Part shown: one piece after another, positions 1 to 10,292 of the stretch
Numbering within the stretch: position 1 is the first letter of the stretch
Layout of the letters: every line of letters begins with the position of its first letter
Assembly: GCA_014237395.1 (NCBI GenBank)
Contig: JABZFP010000028.1
Coordinates: 585 to 64,584 of the forward strand
DNA from: Desulfobacteraceae bacterium
GTDB taxonomy: Bacteria; Desulfobacterota; Desulfobacteria; Desulfobacterales; UBA5852
Direction of reading: 5' to 3'
Length of the DNA: 64,000 nucleotides
The notes under the pieces: generated by a model
What the model was told of the DNA's origin: nothing
The model's input: the letters and a program-made list of their open reading frames with translations, nothing else
Databases searched by the model: none
Translations under genes and position numbers: made by a program

Positions 1-623
1 CTTGAGTTCAAGGCTGATCGTATAAAAGGGATGGTATCGCGGTCGCTCAGCGGCGGCAGTTCCCGTGCATCATGAAATAAAGTGCGTTCGAAAAAAAGGC
101 CCAGATAACGACGCCCGATCAAATTAGCCGTCACGGCTCCGGCCAGTCCCATGGCCATGCCCGGTTTATCCTCCCGGTCGGTCATATGACGGCATCGCAC
201 GGCCAGTAAATTCATCCGGCACCAGGGATGGGCCAGAATTTCTGGAACGGCGTCTTCTGGTAAATAGCGATCCATCACCTTCCGGCTTTCCGCCGTGACT
301 TCGGCGGCGGTCGGGGCCGTAACGTAAGTTTGGTGGATATAGGCTTCCCGGAAACGATCCAGTGCATCAATGGGATCCGGCTGACTCAAGGCGGCGAAGC
401 GCCAGGCGCCGATGGAGGACCCGATGAGATGCAGAGGCGCGGTCCGCCCCTTGAAAAAGGATGAAAACAGGAGACGATCAAGGTGGTAAAGGACCAGCCA
501 TTTGGGCCCTCCGGCCGCACCGGCCAACACCCGGATGCGTTCCGGTCGCAGGCCCTCGTCGCGAATGTGTGCCAGAGCCTTGGGGCCGGCTTTTATGACG
601 AAACTGTTATCACTATATTTCAT
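1..623 (-). CDS. patatin-like phospholipase, N-terminal ~207 codons (gene continues past window start)
   Basis: Own translation of the minus strand from ATG 623-621: MKYSDNSFVIKAGPKALAHIRDEGL...VLAGAAGGPKW (Gly-rich oxyanion loop)...HLIGSSIGAW (GxSxG serine elbow). The frame stays open to position 1. It is not in the ORF track because there is no stop in the window. Confidence 0.6.
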   Translation of the reverse strand, partial: MKYSDNSFVIKAGPKALAHIRDEGLRPERIRVLAGAAGGPKWLVLYHLDRLLFSSFFKGRTAPLHLIGSSIGAWRFAALSQPDPIDALDRFREAYIHQTYVTAPTAAEVTAESRKVMDRYLPEDAVPEILAHPWCRMNLLAVRCRHMTDREDKPGMAMGLAGAVTANLIGRRYLGLFFERTLFHDARELPPLSDRDTIPFIRSALNS

Positions 624-1206
624 AGGACGGAAAACCTTTGAAAACAACTATCACCATGAAGGGCATGAAGAACATGAAGGAATCAATTTGTTTAAAACAA
701 ATTGATTCAATTCATCAACTATCGCGCTCTCTACGATCAGTCGTTGGCCATGTTTCAAATCTTGATGGACTCGTAAAAATTCCAAAAACAAGGTTGTGCG
801 TCATTCCTGCAGACGAGACTGTGTCGTAATTACAGAATGGACTCTTTTTCATTCTGTCATGCCGGACCCCGATCCGGCATCCAGTGTTGTAACACCAAAA
901 AAAACAACTGGATTCCGGGTCAAGCCCGGAATGACCTAAACCTGTAAAAGGCTGCTTTGAAATTGTGACACAGCCTCGGACGCCGGAATCCTATATTATC
1001 AAGTCGTTCTGGATGCCGAATCAAGTTTGGCATGACGGATAGAAGACTTACTACGAGTTCATCAATCTTTTCCTTGCACCCCAAAAGTTTTCGTCGCCAA
1101 ACTGGTTTTCTTCAAGATCTTCATGCTCTTCATGGTAGAAAATATGCCTTCTTTTTAGTATTCAGCTTTGATCTTGATGCTATTCGTTTATCTGCATCTG
1201 TGTTTA
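624..1206. repeat. composite repeat-filled intergenic region (HEG-box +, 29-bp palindrome, GTCAT-hairpin elements, HEG-box -, DTD-box -)
   Basis: HEG-box 652-680 caccatgaagggcatgaagaacatgaagg; palindrome 680-708; reverse HEG-box about 1108-1140; reverse DTD-box about 1168-1226. Confidence 0.85.
856..935. repeat. GTCAT...ATGAC double-hairpin element (copy 1)
   Basis: gtcatgccggaccccgatccggcatccag ... ctggattccgggtcaagcccggaatgac. Two hairpins (tgccgga/tccggca; attccggg/cccggaat) with inverted GTCAT/ATGAC ends. Confidence 0.7.
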
Positions 1207-2199
1207 TCAGCGTTCATCAGTGTCCAATCCATTTTTCTCAATCGCTTCGATCAGCAGCGGCAGAAAGGTATTCAAATCCTCCACCACGCCCACGTCAGCG
1301 GCATTGAAAATCGCGGCATGGGGGTCGATGTTGATCGCCACGACAAAGCGCGATCCGCTCATGCCGGCCAGGTGCTGAAATGCACCGGAGATGCCGCAGG
1401 CCAGATAGAGTTCGGGGGCGACCGTCGCACCGGTGACCCCCACCTGTCGATGGTATGGCAGCCAACCCGCATCACAGACGATACGGGATCCCGCCACGGC
1501 CGATTTGGGAAATAGAGCGGCCAGTCGGGAAAGGAGATCGAGATTATCTTCCGAGCCGATGCCGCGCCCTGCCGCGACGACGGTTGACGCCTGGGTCAAG
1601 GCCGCTTCGGTCGCCGATTCCTTGATCTCGATCAGACGGGTCCGGGTAACCGGCAGGGATGGTTGCTGGGTCTCCATCTCCGCAGAGTGACTGCCATTAC
1701 CCTCAAACTTGAAGTACCCCGGCAGCACCGTCAGGACGACAGGCCGATCATCCGCCTTTACGCCGGCCATATACTTGCCGCCCAATACGGCACGTTGGAA
1801 AATCGGTCCGCCGTCCTGTACCACCAGCCCTTGAACCCCGGAAACGTATGCAGCGTCGAACCTAACTGCCAAGGTCGCCGCATAGTCCTGTGAACGGGAT
1901 GTGTGGAGCAGCGCGATCACATCCGGTTGCATATCCCCTAAAAACGGTTGCAGGACCTCGGATAACAATTCTCCCGTGGGTGGCACCTCACATGGGATTT
2001 CCAGAGCGATTGCCGAATAACCCGTACTCCCCGACAACGCATCACCGGCATCGGCCGCATTGCTTCCTACCGCAAGCCAACAAACTTCGACGGATTCATT
2101 CTCTGCCAGCCTTGCCGCCAGGGCAGCCAGATCCACGATAGCCGGATGGGTTTTCCCCTGCTCAACTTCGGCAATGATGGCGACCTTGCGTGCTGACAT
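1207..2199 (-). CDS. etfA: electron transfer flavoprotein, alpha subunit
   Basis: ORF 1207..2310 trimmed to MSARKVAIIAEV (ATG 2199-2197, TGATG 1-nt overlap with the etfB stop). ETF-alpha FAD signature LYLACGISGAFQHLAGMSGSRFVVAIN. The last codons GLDTDER* are encoded by a repeat module. Confidence 0.9.
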   Translation of the reverse strand: MSARKVAIIAEVEQGKTHPAIVDLAALAARLAENESVEVCWLAVGSNAADAGDALSGSTGYSAIALEIPCEVPPTGELLSEVLQPFLGDMQPDVIALLHTSRSQDYAATLAVRFDAAYVSGVQGLVVQDGGPIFQRAVLGGKYMAGVKADDRPVVLTVLPGYFKFEGNGSHSAEMETQQPSLPVTRTRLIEIKESATEAALTQASTVVAAGRGIGSEDNLDLLSRLAALFPKSAVAGSRIVCDAGWLPYHRQVGVTGATVAPELYLACGISGAFQHLAGMSGSRFVVAINIDPHAAIFNAADVGVVEDLNTFLPLLIEAIEKNGLDTDER

Positions 2200-2981
2200 C
2201 AACACAGACCTTTCGCGTGAAACAGCTTGGATAGCTGGTGCGCCTTGCTCTCCGCGGTGCCTTCCATCATAACCCCGGCCCGCACCTTCTCCGGTGGCGT
2301 GATGGCGCATACCCGCTGTCTATCAGTCGGGGTCGACAGGGACGCCGACGGCAAAACCTCCAGCGGATATTGGTTGGCCCTCAGCAATTTTGAAAGCGCG
2401 GGATAGCGCGGCGTGTGGATTCCCGACTGGATGGTCAGCAGGGCCGGAAGCCGGACTTCCAGAACTTCTTGGCGTCCGCCCTCGACCTCTCTCTCACACC
2501 TCAGCACCCTCCCCTCCTCTTTATCGTTCATCGTATGGATCGCAGTCAGACAGGGCCATTTCAGCAGACCGGCGATGATCGGCCCCACTCCCCCTTGCAT
2601 CAGGTCTTCGGACATCACCCCGCAAAGAATCACGTCGTAAGCCTTTTCACGGGCATAAGCGGTAATCAATTCCCCAATCGTAAACGGACTCGGAAACATT
2701 TCGCGGGTCTTCTGGATATGCACGCCGTGATCGACGCCCATGCCGATAGCACGCCGGAGCACGTCGCCGGCATCTTGGTCACCCACGGTCAGCGCGTCGA
2801 TACGGGATGCACCGTGAGTTTCCCTCAGCCGAAGGGCTGCCTCGACCGCGTATTCATCGTAGCGGTTCATCCGCCAGGGGGTCCCTTCGCAGGTGAAATT
2901 CGCGGGAGATTTGGGCGGAATGTCCGGAAAGGTCATGGTTTCCAGATCCGGAATACGTTTTATGCAGACAAGAATTCGCAT
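2199..2981 (-). CDS. etfB: electron transfer flavoprotein, beta subunit
   Basis: 260 aa with an MRILVCIKRIPDLE N-terminus typical of ETF-beta. Translationally coupled to etfA. Confidence 0.9.
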   Translation of the reverse strand: MRILVCIKRIPDLETMTFPDIPPKSPANFTCEGTPWRMNRYDEYAVEAALRLRETHGASRIDALTVGDQDAGDVLRRAIGMGVDHGVHIQKTREMFPSPFTIGELITAYAREKAYDVILCGVMSEDLMQGGVGPIIAGLLKWPCLTAIHTMNDKEEGRVLRCEREVEGGRQEVLEVRLPALLTIQSGIHTPRYPALSKLLRANQYPLEVLPSASLSTPTDRQRVCAITPPEKVRAGVMMEGTAESKAHQLSKLFHAKGLC

Positions 2982-3420
2982 TTTAAAAACTCAAATAAAA
3001 AAATCATTTTTACCACGAAGGGCACGAAGAGCGGGAAGTTTTATATAAACAGAAAAACATTTTTTACCACGAAGCATATGAAGACCTTGAAGAAAACCAA
3101 AATCGTGGTTTGTTTTAATAGCTCTTTTTATTGATCTGTGGCTATCAGTGAAAATCTGTGGCTGAAAAAAAACATTTTTACCACGAAGGACACGAAGAAG
3201 GCGAAGTTTTAAAAGCACATAAACATTTTTTACCATGAAGCACATGAAGAATTTGAAGAAAACCCAATGGGACACAGATCAGCACAGATTCCCGCAGATT
3301 AAAGCAGTGATATAATTTCAGCAAAAACATTATCTGCGTGTATCTGTGCTAATCTGTGTCCTATTATCGTTCTGCACCGTATTCGTCTTTTATCCGTATT
3401 ATGTAAAATGTGTCCGTACC
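2982..3420. repeat. HEG-box/DTD-box mosaic
   Basis: Several taccacgaagg(g/a)cacgaaga..., taccatgaagcacatgaagaatttgaag and gggacacagatcagcacagattcccgcagat copies, followed by reversed atctgcgtgtatctgtgctaatctgtgtcc. Confidence 0.85.
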
Positions 3421-3437
3421 TGTGTCAACACAAATAG

Positions 3438-3485
3438 AACGAACGTTCGTTTTTTATTGACATCACCAATAGGCTCTGCCATATC
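3438..3485 (+). promoter_or_regulatory. 14-bp perfect palindrome abutting a sigma70-like promoter
   Basis: AACGAACGTTCGTT at 3438-3451; TTGACA 3457-3462; 17-nt spacer; weak -10 catatc 3480-3485; 100 nt upstream of the histidine phosphatase gene. Confidence 0.4.
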
Positions 3486-3585
3486 GCATTTAGGGCTTCA
3501 CTGACAAGGATACCCTGCAGAATATGAATTCCCCTCAATCGGGAATCGCATCGGTTCATAAACATTACCAACCAACGGTTTCGAG

Positions 3586-4296
3586 ATGAGCACAATCTAC
3601 ATGTTCCGCCACGGCCAGGCATCTTTCGGCCAGGACAACTACGATCAACTGTCGCCCACCGGCTACCGCCAGGCGCGGCTGGTGGCGGAACACCTGCGGG
3701 ATCTCGGAGTCGCCTTCGACGCGGTTTATACCGGCGCTTTGACCCGCCAGAAACAGACCTTTCAGTCGATGGCGGATGTTTTTGCCGAGAGCGAAGCCCC
3801 GTTGCCCACACCGGTCGAAACGGCCGATCTCAATGAGTATGATTCGACGGGTGTCTGGCAGCATTATTACCCCGCCACAATCAATGACCACCCGGAACTC
3901 GAACTGGATGAAACCAGCTTGGGGCAAAACCCGAAAAAGTTTCAACACGTCTTTGCCCGCATTGTCCAGCGGTGGATAAACGAACGGCACGACCCGCCTG
4001 GGATTGAATCATGGCGGGCCTTTCGCAGCCGCATCGGTGTCGGGTTGAATACCGTCATGCGGCAAGAGGGATCGGGGAAAAATGTGATGATCTTTACATC
4101 GGCCGGCCCTGTTGCCACGACCGTCCAGATGGCCACCGACATGCCCGACGACCGCTGCATCGGCATTTCCTGGCAGGTGTTGAATGCCTCCACGACGCGG
4201 TTCCGCTACAACGAAAAGGAAATAACGCTGGTGGGGTTCAATGACGTGTCCGCATTGGAACGCCAGGGCGACCCGGCTTTACTGACCTACCGATAA
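3586..4296 (+). CDS. histidine phosphatase family protein (phosphoglycerate-mutase-like)
   Basis: 236 aa with the catalytic RHG motif at the N-terminus (IYMFRHGQASFG). Confidence 0.75.
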   Translation: MSTIYMFRHGQASFGQDNYDQLSPTGYRQARLVAEHLRDLGVAFDAVYTGALTRQKQTFQSMADVFAESEAPLPTPVETADLNEYDSTGVWQHYYPATINDHPELELDETSLGQNPKKFQHVFARIVQRWINERHDPPGIESWRAFRSRIGVGLNTVMRQEGSGKNVMIFTSAGPVATTVQMATDMPDDRCIGISWQVLNASTTRFRYNEKEITLVGFNDVSALERQGDPALLTYR

Positions 4297-4524
4297 AGTC
4301 GGACTTCAGAAATTAGCCACAAATGGACACTGATGAACACAGATTAGGGGAGTAAACCTTTTTGCACCACGAAGAACACGAAGGGAAAGAAGTAAAAAAC
4401 CAATTCTCACTTTTTAGTTTGTTTTTACCTCTCAAAATAATTGGCCTTTCATCCGTGTGAATCTGTGCAAATCAGTGGCTGATTTTATTTCAAGACCTTC
4501 ATGGTAAATTGTTAGGAGCCAAAA
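4297..4524. repeat. HEG-box/DTD-box mosaic
   Basis: ggacactgatgaacacagatta, caccacgaagaacacgaaggg in + orientation; catccgtgtgaatctgtgcaaatcagtg and ccttcatggta in - orientation. Confidence 0.85.
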
Positions 4525-5715
<1,191 letters not shown>

Positions 5716-5900
5716 TGGGACACGGATAGACACAGATAAATCAAAACAAAAAATGCACCATGAAGCTCATGAAGGACTTGAAGGGAATCAATAGGAAATG
5801 GATGGACACCGATAGACACTGATCAATCAAGCAAAAAAGATGCACCACGAAGTGCACGAAGGACGCGAAGAAAAAAACAGAGCTTTGGTTTGTACCAACA
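5716..5900 (+). repeat. HEG-box/DTD-box mosaic (all + orientation)
   Basis: gggacacggatagacacagataaatc starts 2 nt after the ACAD stop. Then caccatgaagctcatgaaggacttgaaggg, ggacaccgatagacactgatcaatc, caccacgaagtgcacgaaggacgcgaag. Confidence 0.85.
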
Positions 5901-5984
5901 AAATTTAAAGTCCTGCTGCCTAAAAGTATGCCAATTTGAACGATCCAAAATTCAGGGACCTCAAACGCGTAATGTGGCTGGTAC

Positions 5985-6108
5985 CAGGTTGTAGGTTTTG
6001 GTTCCGGGCAAGGCCGCAGCCCATTGGACACCGCAGGCGTAGCTGCGCTACGTCGAGGACGTGCGATGGGCGAGAACGCCGCCCGGGGGAAAAAGATGCT
6101 GCCTGGTG
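5985..6108 (-). repeat. TCCTCGACGTAGC-family repeat (copy in - orientation)
   Basis: The reverse complement reads ggcagcatctttttcccccgggcggcgttctcgcc...tcctcgacgtagcgcagctacgcctgcgg...ctgcggccttgcccggaaccaaaacc, which aligns by eye with 18481-18637 and 18672-18785. Confidence 0.7.
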
Positions 6109-6138
6109 ACAGCCACCCTAAACAAAGGAACAAGAACA

Positions 6139-7953
6139 ATGGCCCAACAAATTGCCGACCGTCGCGACATCGATTTTGTTCTGCACGAACTTCTTGAAAT
6201 CGAGAAGTTGACCGAAACGAAAAAATTCGGGGAATTCAACCGCAAGGCCTTCGACCTGATCCTCAATGAGGCCCGGCGCTTCGCCATCAAGGAACTGTTG
6301 CCCACCTATGAGGAAGGCGACCGTATCGGCGTCCGCTATGAGGGCAACGGCACGGTCAAGGTGCCGGACAGCTTTCACCGGGTGCATAAGCTCTACCTGG
6401 AAAGCGAATGGACGGCCCCGGCCATGAATCCGGAATACGGCGGGCAGGGCCTCCCCCACTCCCTGGCGGTTGCCGCGGACGAATACCTCATGGGTGCCAA
6501 CTGGGCCATCAGCGCCTATGGTTCGATGGGCGCCGGCACCGGCTACATGATCGAGAATTACGGTACCGACGAACAGAAAAAGACCTATCTGAAAAAACTA
6601 TACATCGGCGAGTGGGGCGGCACCATGCTGCTGACCGAATCGGAAGCCGGGTCCGACGTCGGCAACCTGTCCACCACGGCCGTGCGCAACCCCGACGGCA
6701 CCTTTTCGCTGACCGGCAACAAGATCTTCATCACCAACGGCGAGCACGACCTGGTGGACAACATCATTCACCCGGTGCTGGCGCGCATCGAAGACGACCC
6801 GGCCGGCACCAAGGGCATTTCCATCTTTATCGTGCCCAAATATTTCGTCAATGAAGACGGCAGCCTGGGAGACCGCAACGACATCGTCTGCACCGGCGTC
6901 GAAGAAAAGCACGGCATCCATGCCAGCGCCACCTGCAGCATGGCGTTGGGGACAAAAGGCCAGTGCATCGGCTACCTGCTGGGCGAAGAGAAAAAGGGCA
7001 TGCGGATCATGTTCCAGATGATGAACGGCGCCCGCCTGGGGACCGGCCTGCAGGCCCTGGCCCATGCCTCCACCGCCTACCTCTATGCCCTGGACTATGC
7101 CCGCAAACGCATCCAGGGCCGCGACCTCGAGGATTTCAAGAATCATGGAGCCCCCTCGGTCGCCATTATCCGCCACCCTGACATCCGCCGCACCCTGCTG
7201 TGGATGAAAGCCCACGTGGAAGGCCTGCGCGCCCTGATCTACTATTGCTGGAATCTGATCGACCAGGCGGTGGCCTCCGAATCGGAAGAAGAGCAGACCT
7301 ATCTGATGGACCTGGTGGGGCTCATCACGCCCATCATCAAGGGCTACGGCAGTGAGCGCGGCTACGATGTCTGCGTGCAGGCGATCCAGGTTTTCGGGGG
7401 GGCCGGCTACACCCGGGACTACCCGGTGGAAGCCATCGCCCGGGACTGTAAAATCACCACCATCTTCGAGGGCTGCACCGGCATCCAGGCCCTGGATCTC
7501 TTGGGCCGCAAGCTGGGCATGAAAAAAGGCGCCATCTATATGGACTTCATCGGAAAGATGAAGGCGGCGGCCGAAGCCGGTAAAAATCAAACGGCAACAA
7601 CCGATATGGCAGGGCGATTCGACGCCGTCGTGGACCGACTGGGGCAAGTGGCCTTCCATCTGGGCCAATCCGCCATGTCGCCCAAGTTCAAGGCCGCCTT
7701 TTCCCACTCGGTCCCTTTCCTGGACGTCATGGGGGATGTGATGATGGCCTGGATGCTCCTCTGGCGGGCCACCGTGGCCGCCGAAAAGCTTGAAGCGGCT
7801 AAAAAGAAGGACAAGCAGTTCTACCAGGGCCAGATCCAGACCGCAGAATTTTTCATCCGCACCATCCTTCCGGTCACGCTGGGCAGGATGGATGCCATTG
7901 AGGACTGCAACGATGCGGCGGTGGTGATGGAAGAAGCCGCCTTCGGCGGCTGA
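6139..7953 (+). CDS. acyl-CoA dehydrogenase, long form (~604 aa) with extra C-terminal helical domain
   Basis: ORF 6061..7953 trimmed to MAQQIADRRDIDF (RBS aaagga). Motifs LLTESEAGSDV, KIFITNGEHD, GGAGYTRDYPVEAIARDCKITTIFEGCTGIQ. Confidence 0.85.
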   Translation: MAQQIADRRDIDFVLHELLEIEKLTETKKFGEFNRKAFDLILNEARRFAIKELLPTYEEGDRIGVRYEGNGTVKVPDSFHRVHKLYLESEWTAPAMNPEYGGQGLPHSLAVAADEYLMGANWAISAYGSMGAGTGYMIENYGTDEQKKTYLKKLYIGEWGGTMLLTESEAGSDVGNLSTTAVRNPDGTFSLTGNKIFITNGEHDLVDNIIHPVLARIEDDPAGTKGISIFIVPKYFVNEDGSLGDRNDIVCTGVEEKHGIHASATCSMALGTKGQCIGYLLGEEKKGMRIMFQMMNGARLGTGLQALAHASTAYLYALDYARKRIQGRDLEDFKNHGAPSVAIIRHPDIRRTLLWMKAHVEGLRALIYYCWNLIDQAVASESEEEQTYLMDLVGLITPIIKGYGSERGYDVCVQAIQVFGGAGYTRDYPVEAIARDCKITTIFEGCTGIQALDLLGRKLGMKKGAIYMDFIGKMKAAAEAGKNQTATTDMAGRFDAVVDRLGQVAFHLGQSAMSPKFKAAFSHSVPFLDVMGDVMMAWMLLWRATVAAEKLEAAKKKDKQFYQGQIQTAEFFIRTILPVTLGRMDAIEDCNDAAVVMEEAAFGG

Positions 7954-8374
7954 TTTTTCACCACGAAATACATGAAGGACATAAAGAAAACCATATTAGG
8001 ACACGGATGAACACAGATAAACACGGATAAAAAATTAGAACATATTCTACCATGAAGAACATGAAGCACTTGAAGGGTAAAATCAAAAGCTAAAAGTTTA
8101 ACACCATGAAGGGAAACGAAGTGGGAAGACGACCAGCTATCGATCGTATATTTGGACCAATTTGTCGCCGACAAATTGATATCTTCATGCGCTTCATGTC
8201 CTTCATGGTGAAAACAGCTTTTTGCTGTTTTTTTACCCCTTCCACCCCTTCGTGTTCTTCGTGGTAAAAAAGTTTTTGGTGTTGCTTTTCCTATCAGTGT
8301 TGAGCTTGGTGCGTTTATCCCAATTTAATCAGTGTCTATCGGTGTCACTCTGTGGCTAAAAAAGGAATTTTATT
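7954..8374. repeat. HEG-box/DTD-box mosaic, symmetric around a 21-bp palindrome
   Basis: HEG+ 7959-7988, DTD+ 7999-8030 (three exact 10-bp units 8001/8011/8021), HEG+ 8048-8077, HEG+ 8102-8128, palindrome 8158-8178 caatttgtcgccgacaaattg, HEG- 8183-8210, HEG- 8238-8266, DTD- 8292-8346. Confidence 0.9.
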
Positions 8375-9244
8375 ATGAAAATCGACGACATCAAAAAGAT
8401 TTGTGTGGTAGGCGCCGGCAACATGGGTCACCAGATTGCCACCCTGTGCGCTCTGAACGGCTTCCAGACGTCCTGCACCGACATCGACCAGACCACCCTC
8501 GACAAGGCTGCCGCGTTTGCGGATCACTACCTGCCCGGGCGGGTGGCCAAAGGCAAACTCACCGAACAGGCCGCCAAGGAAACCCGCGAGCGGTTGACGT
8601 TCACACCAAATCTGGCGGAGGCCGCCGAGGGCGCCGATTATGTGATCGAGGCCGCGGTGGAGGTTCTTGAGATCAAACGCCGGATCTTTGCCGACCTCGA
8701 CGACATGACCCCGGCCCACGCTGTTCTGGCCACCAACAGTTCGGCCATTGTCAGCTCGAAAATCGCCGACGCCACCGGCCGCCCGGACAAGGTGGTCAAC
8801 CTGCACTTTTTCAACCCCGCCCTGGTGATGAAGCTGGTGGAGGTCGTCCAGGGACCGCACGTGTCCCAGGAAACCGCCGACCTTTCCATGGCGTTGTGCG
8901 AAAAGTTGGGCAAAGCGCCAGTTCGCCTCAATAAAGAGGTCAACGGCTTCCTGCTGAACCGCATCTTCTTCGCCATCATCAAGGAAGCCGAATGGCTGCT
9001 GGAAATGGGGGTCGCCTCGGTCGAAGATATCGACAAGGCCTGCGTCTTCGGTGCCGGCCACCCCATGGGGCCCTTCCGCCTGATGGATCTCACCGGCATC
9101 GACCTGGCCTACACCATGGGCATGGAAGCCTTCCGCAATTCAGGGGACCGATCAGATCTGCCGGTACCCAGCCTCGTTAAACATTTTGTGAATGGCGAAT
9201 ACGGACAAAAGACGGGGCAGGGCTGGTACGACTATAAAGAATAA
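8375..9244 (+). CDS. 3-hydroxyacyl-CoA (3-hydroxybutyryl-CoA) dehydrogenase, NAD-binding
   Basis: 289 aa. Rossmann motif KKICVVGAGNMGHQIA and the HFFNPALVMKLVEVV motif of the 3HCDH family. Confidence 0.9.
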   Translation: MKIDDIKKICVVGAGNMGHQIATLCALNGFQTSCTDIDQTTLDKAAAFADHYLPGRVAKGKLTEQAAKETRERLTFTPNLAEAAEGADYVIEAAVEVLEIKRRIFADLDDMTPAHAVLATNSSAIVSSKIADATGRPDKVVNLHFFNPALVMKLVEVVQGPHVSQETADLSMALCEKLGKAPVRLNKEVNGFLLNRIFFAIIKEAEWLLEMGVASVEDIDKACVFGAGHPMGPFRLMDLTGIDLAYTMGMEAFRNSGDRSDLPVPSLVKHFVNGEYGQKTGQGWYDYKE

Positions 9245-9566
9245 GAAACAGCCATTTACCACGAAGCGCACGAAGTGACATGAAGAAAGACATTCGGGAC
9301 ACGGATGAACACAAATAGACCCTGATATAAAATGAAAAACCAGATAATACCATGAAGGTCATGAAGAGCTTGAAGGGTAAAACAAAATATCACGACGCAT
9401 AAAATCATAGATCCATATTTACACCCTAATATTTATGCTTTTGTCTAATTGAATTTGTCGCCGACAAATTCAATTCTTCATGATCTTCATGCCCTTCATG
9501 GTAAATTTCTTTTCAGTGTTTTATCCGTGTTCACCTGTGTTGATCAGTGTCCAATTAAGGTTATCA
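9245..9566. repeat. HEG-box/DTD-box mosaic, symmetric around a 25-bp palindrome
   Basis: HEG+, DTD+ (gggacacggatgaacacaaataga), HEG+, palindrome 9449-9473 ttgaatttgtcgccgacaaattcaa, HEG- (cttcatgatcttcatgcccttcatggta), DTD- (atccgtgttcacctgtgttgatcagtgtcc). Confidence 0.9.
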
Positions 9567-10256
9567 ATGAATTACCAGGATTTTCAGCAAACCATCGATA
9601 TCTCCAAAGATCATCTTTACCGGGAGATCTACCTGGCCAACCGCGACCAGATTCAGGTCAAAAAGGAAAAAACCGTTATCCGCAATCTGTCCCGCATCTT
9701 CAATGCCGCCCTTAAAATCAGTAATGAAAAGGGCTTTCAGGCCATGAGCATGCGGGACTTCAGCAAGGAAACCGGGCTCAGTATGGGCGCCCTGTACTCG
9801 TATTTCGCCAGCAAGGACGAGCTGCTGGACATGCTGCTGCGCCAGGGACGCCAACTGGTCATGCGTATCCTGCGCCAACACATCCAGCCCATCGGAGACC
9901 CGGTCGTCAAACTGGAAACTGCCATCCGGATCCATATTTATCTCAGCGAAGCGCTTCAGCCCTGGTTCTATTTTTCTTTTATGGAAGCCAAGAACATGAG
10001 CCCCAGCGAGAAGGAAAAAACGGTTGCCAGCGAGCTCTATACCGACCAAATCTTTGCCGACATTCTCCTTGAGGGCCAGGCCGCCGGCCAGTTTACGCCA
10101 CGCGACCCCCAACAGAGCGCCGGCGGTATCAAAGCCCTGCTGCAGGACTGGTATGTCAAACGCTGGAAATACGCCAAGCGTAAGACCGGCGTCGATCAGT
10201 ATGCGGACTTTATTGTTGAATTCGTGATGGCCTATCATCGCACACCATCAACCTGA
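9567..10256 (+). CDS. TetR/AcrR family transcriptional regulator
   Basis: ORF 9480..10256 trimmed to MNYQDFQQ; the upstream part of the ORF is repeat sequence. HTH region FQAMSMRDFSKETGLSMGALYSYFASKDELL. Confidence 0.85.
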   Translation: MNYQDFQQTIDISKDHLYREIYLANRDQIQVKKEKTVIRNLSRIFNAALKISNEKGFQAMSMRDFSKETGLSMGALYSYFASKDELLDMLLRQGRQLVMRILRQHIQPIGDPVVKLETAIRIHIYLSEALQPWFYFSFMEAKNMSPSEKEKTVASELYTDQIFADILLEGQAAGQFTPRDPQQSAGGIKALLQDWYVKRWKYAKRKTGVDQYADFIVEFVMAYHRTPST

Positions 10257-10292
10257 CGCCTTGTTTCGCAACCAATCGAAAGGATACCGGCC

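Noticed and set aside
502-829. Small ORFs translating to HEGHEEHEG, FTTKDTKS and similar. Others: 2991-3275, 5741-6139, 7821-8174, 9177-9362, 11223-11420, 26542-26869.
   Set aside because: They are translations of the HEG-box/DTD-box repeat modules in various frames. They lack RBSs and their sequence is dictated by the repeats.
6061-6138. N-terminal extensions offered by the ORF track. Examples: 6061 for the long ACAD, 2310 for etfA, 9480 for TetR, 24371 for DUF192, 36515 for GAF, 53323 for phoU, 57479 for pstS and 30135 for aminopeptidase N.
   Set aside because: The extensions run through repeat or intergenic sequence, lack RBSs and are not homologous to the protein families. Internal ATG/GTG codons with good RBSs give family-typical N-termini.
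8158-8178. Perfect palindromes CAATTTGTCGcCGACAAATTG (8158-8178) and TTGAATTTGTCGcCGACAAATTCAA (9449-9473), upstream of the hbd-like gene and the TetR gene. First considered as TetR operators.
   Set aside because: A third palindrome with the same CAATTTGT arms (680-708) occurs far from the TetR gene. All three directly abut a HEG-box with conserved spacing, so they appear to be the hairpin component of the repeat mosaic rather than a dedicated operator. A dual role cannot be excluded.
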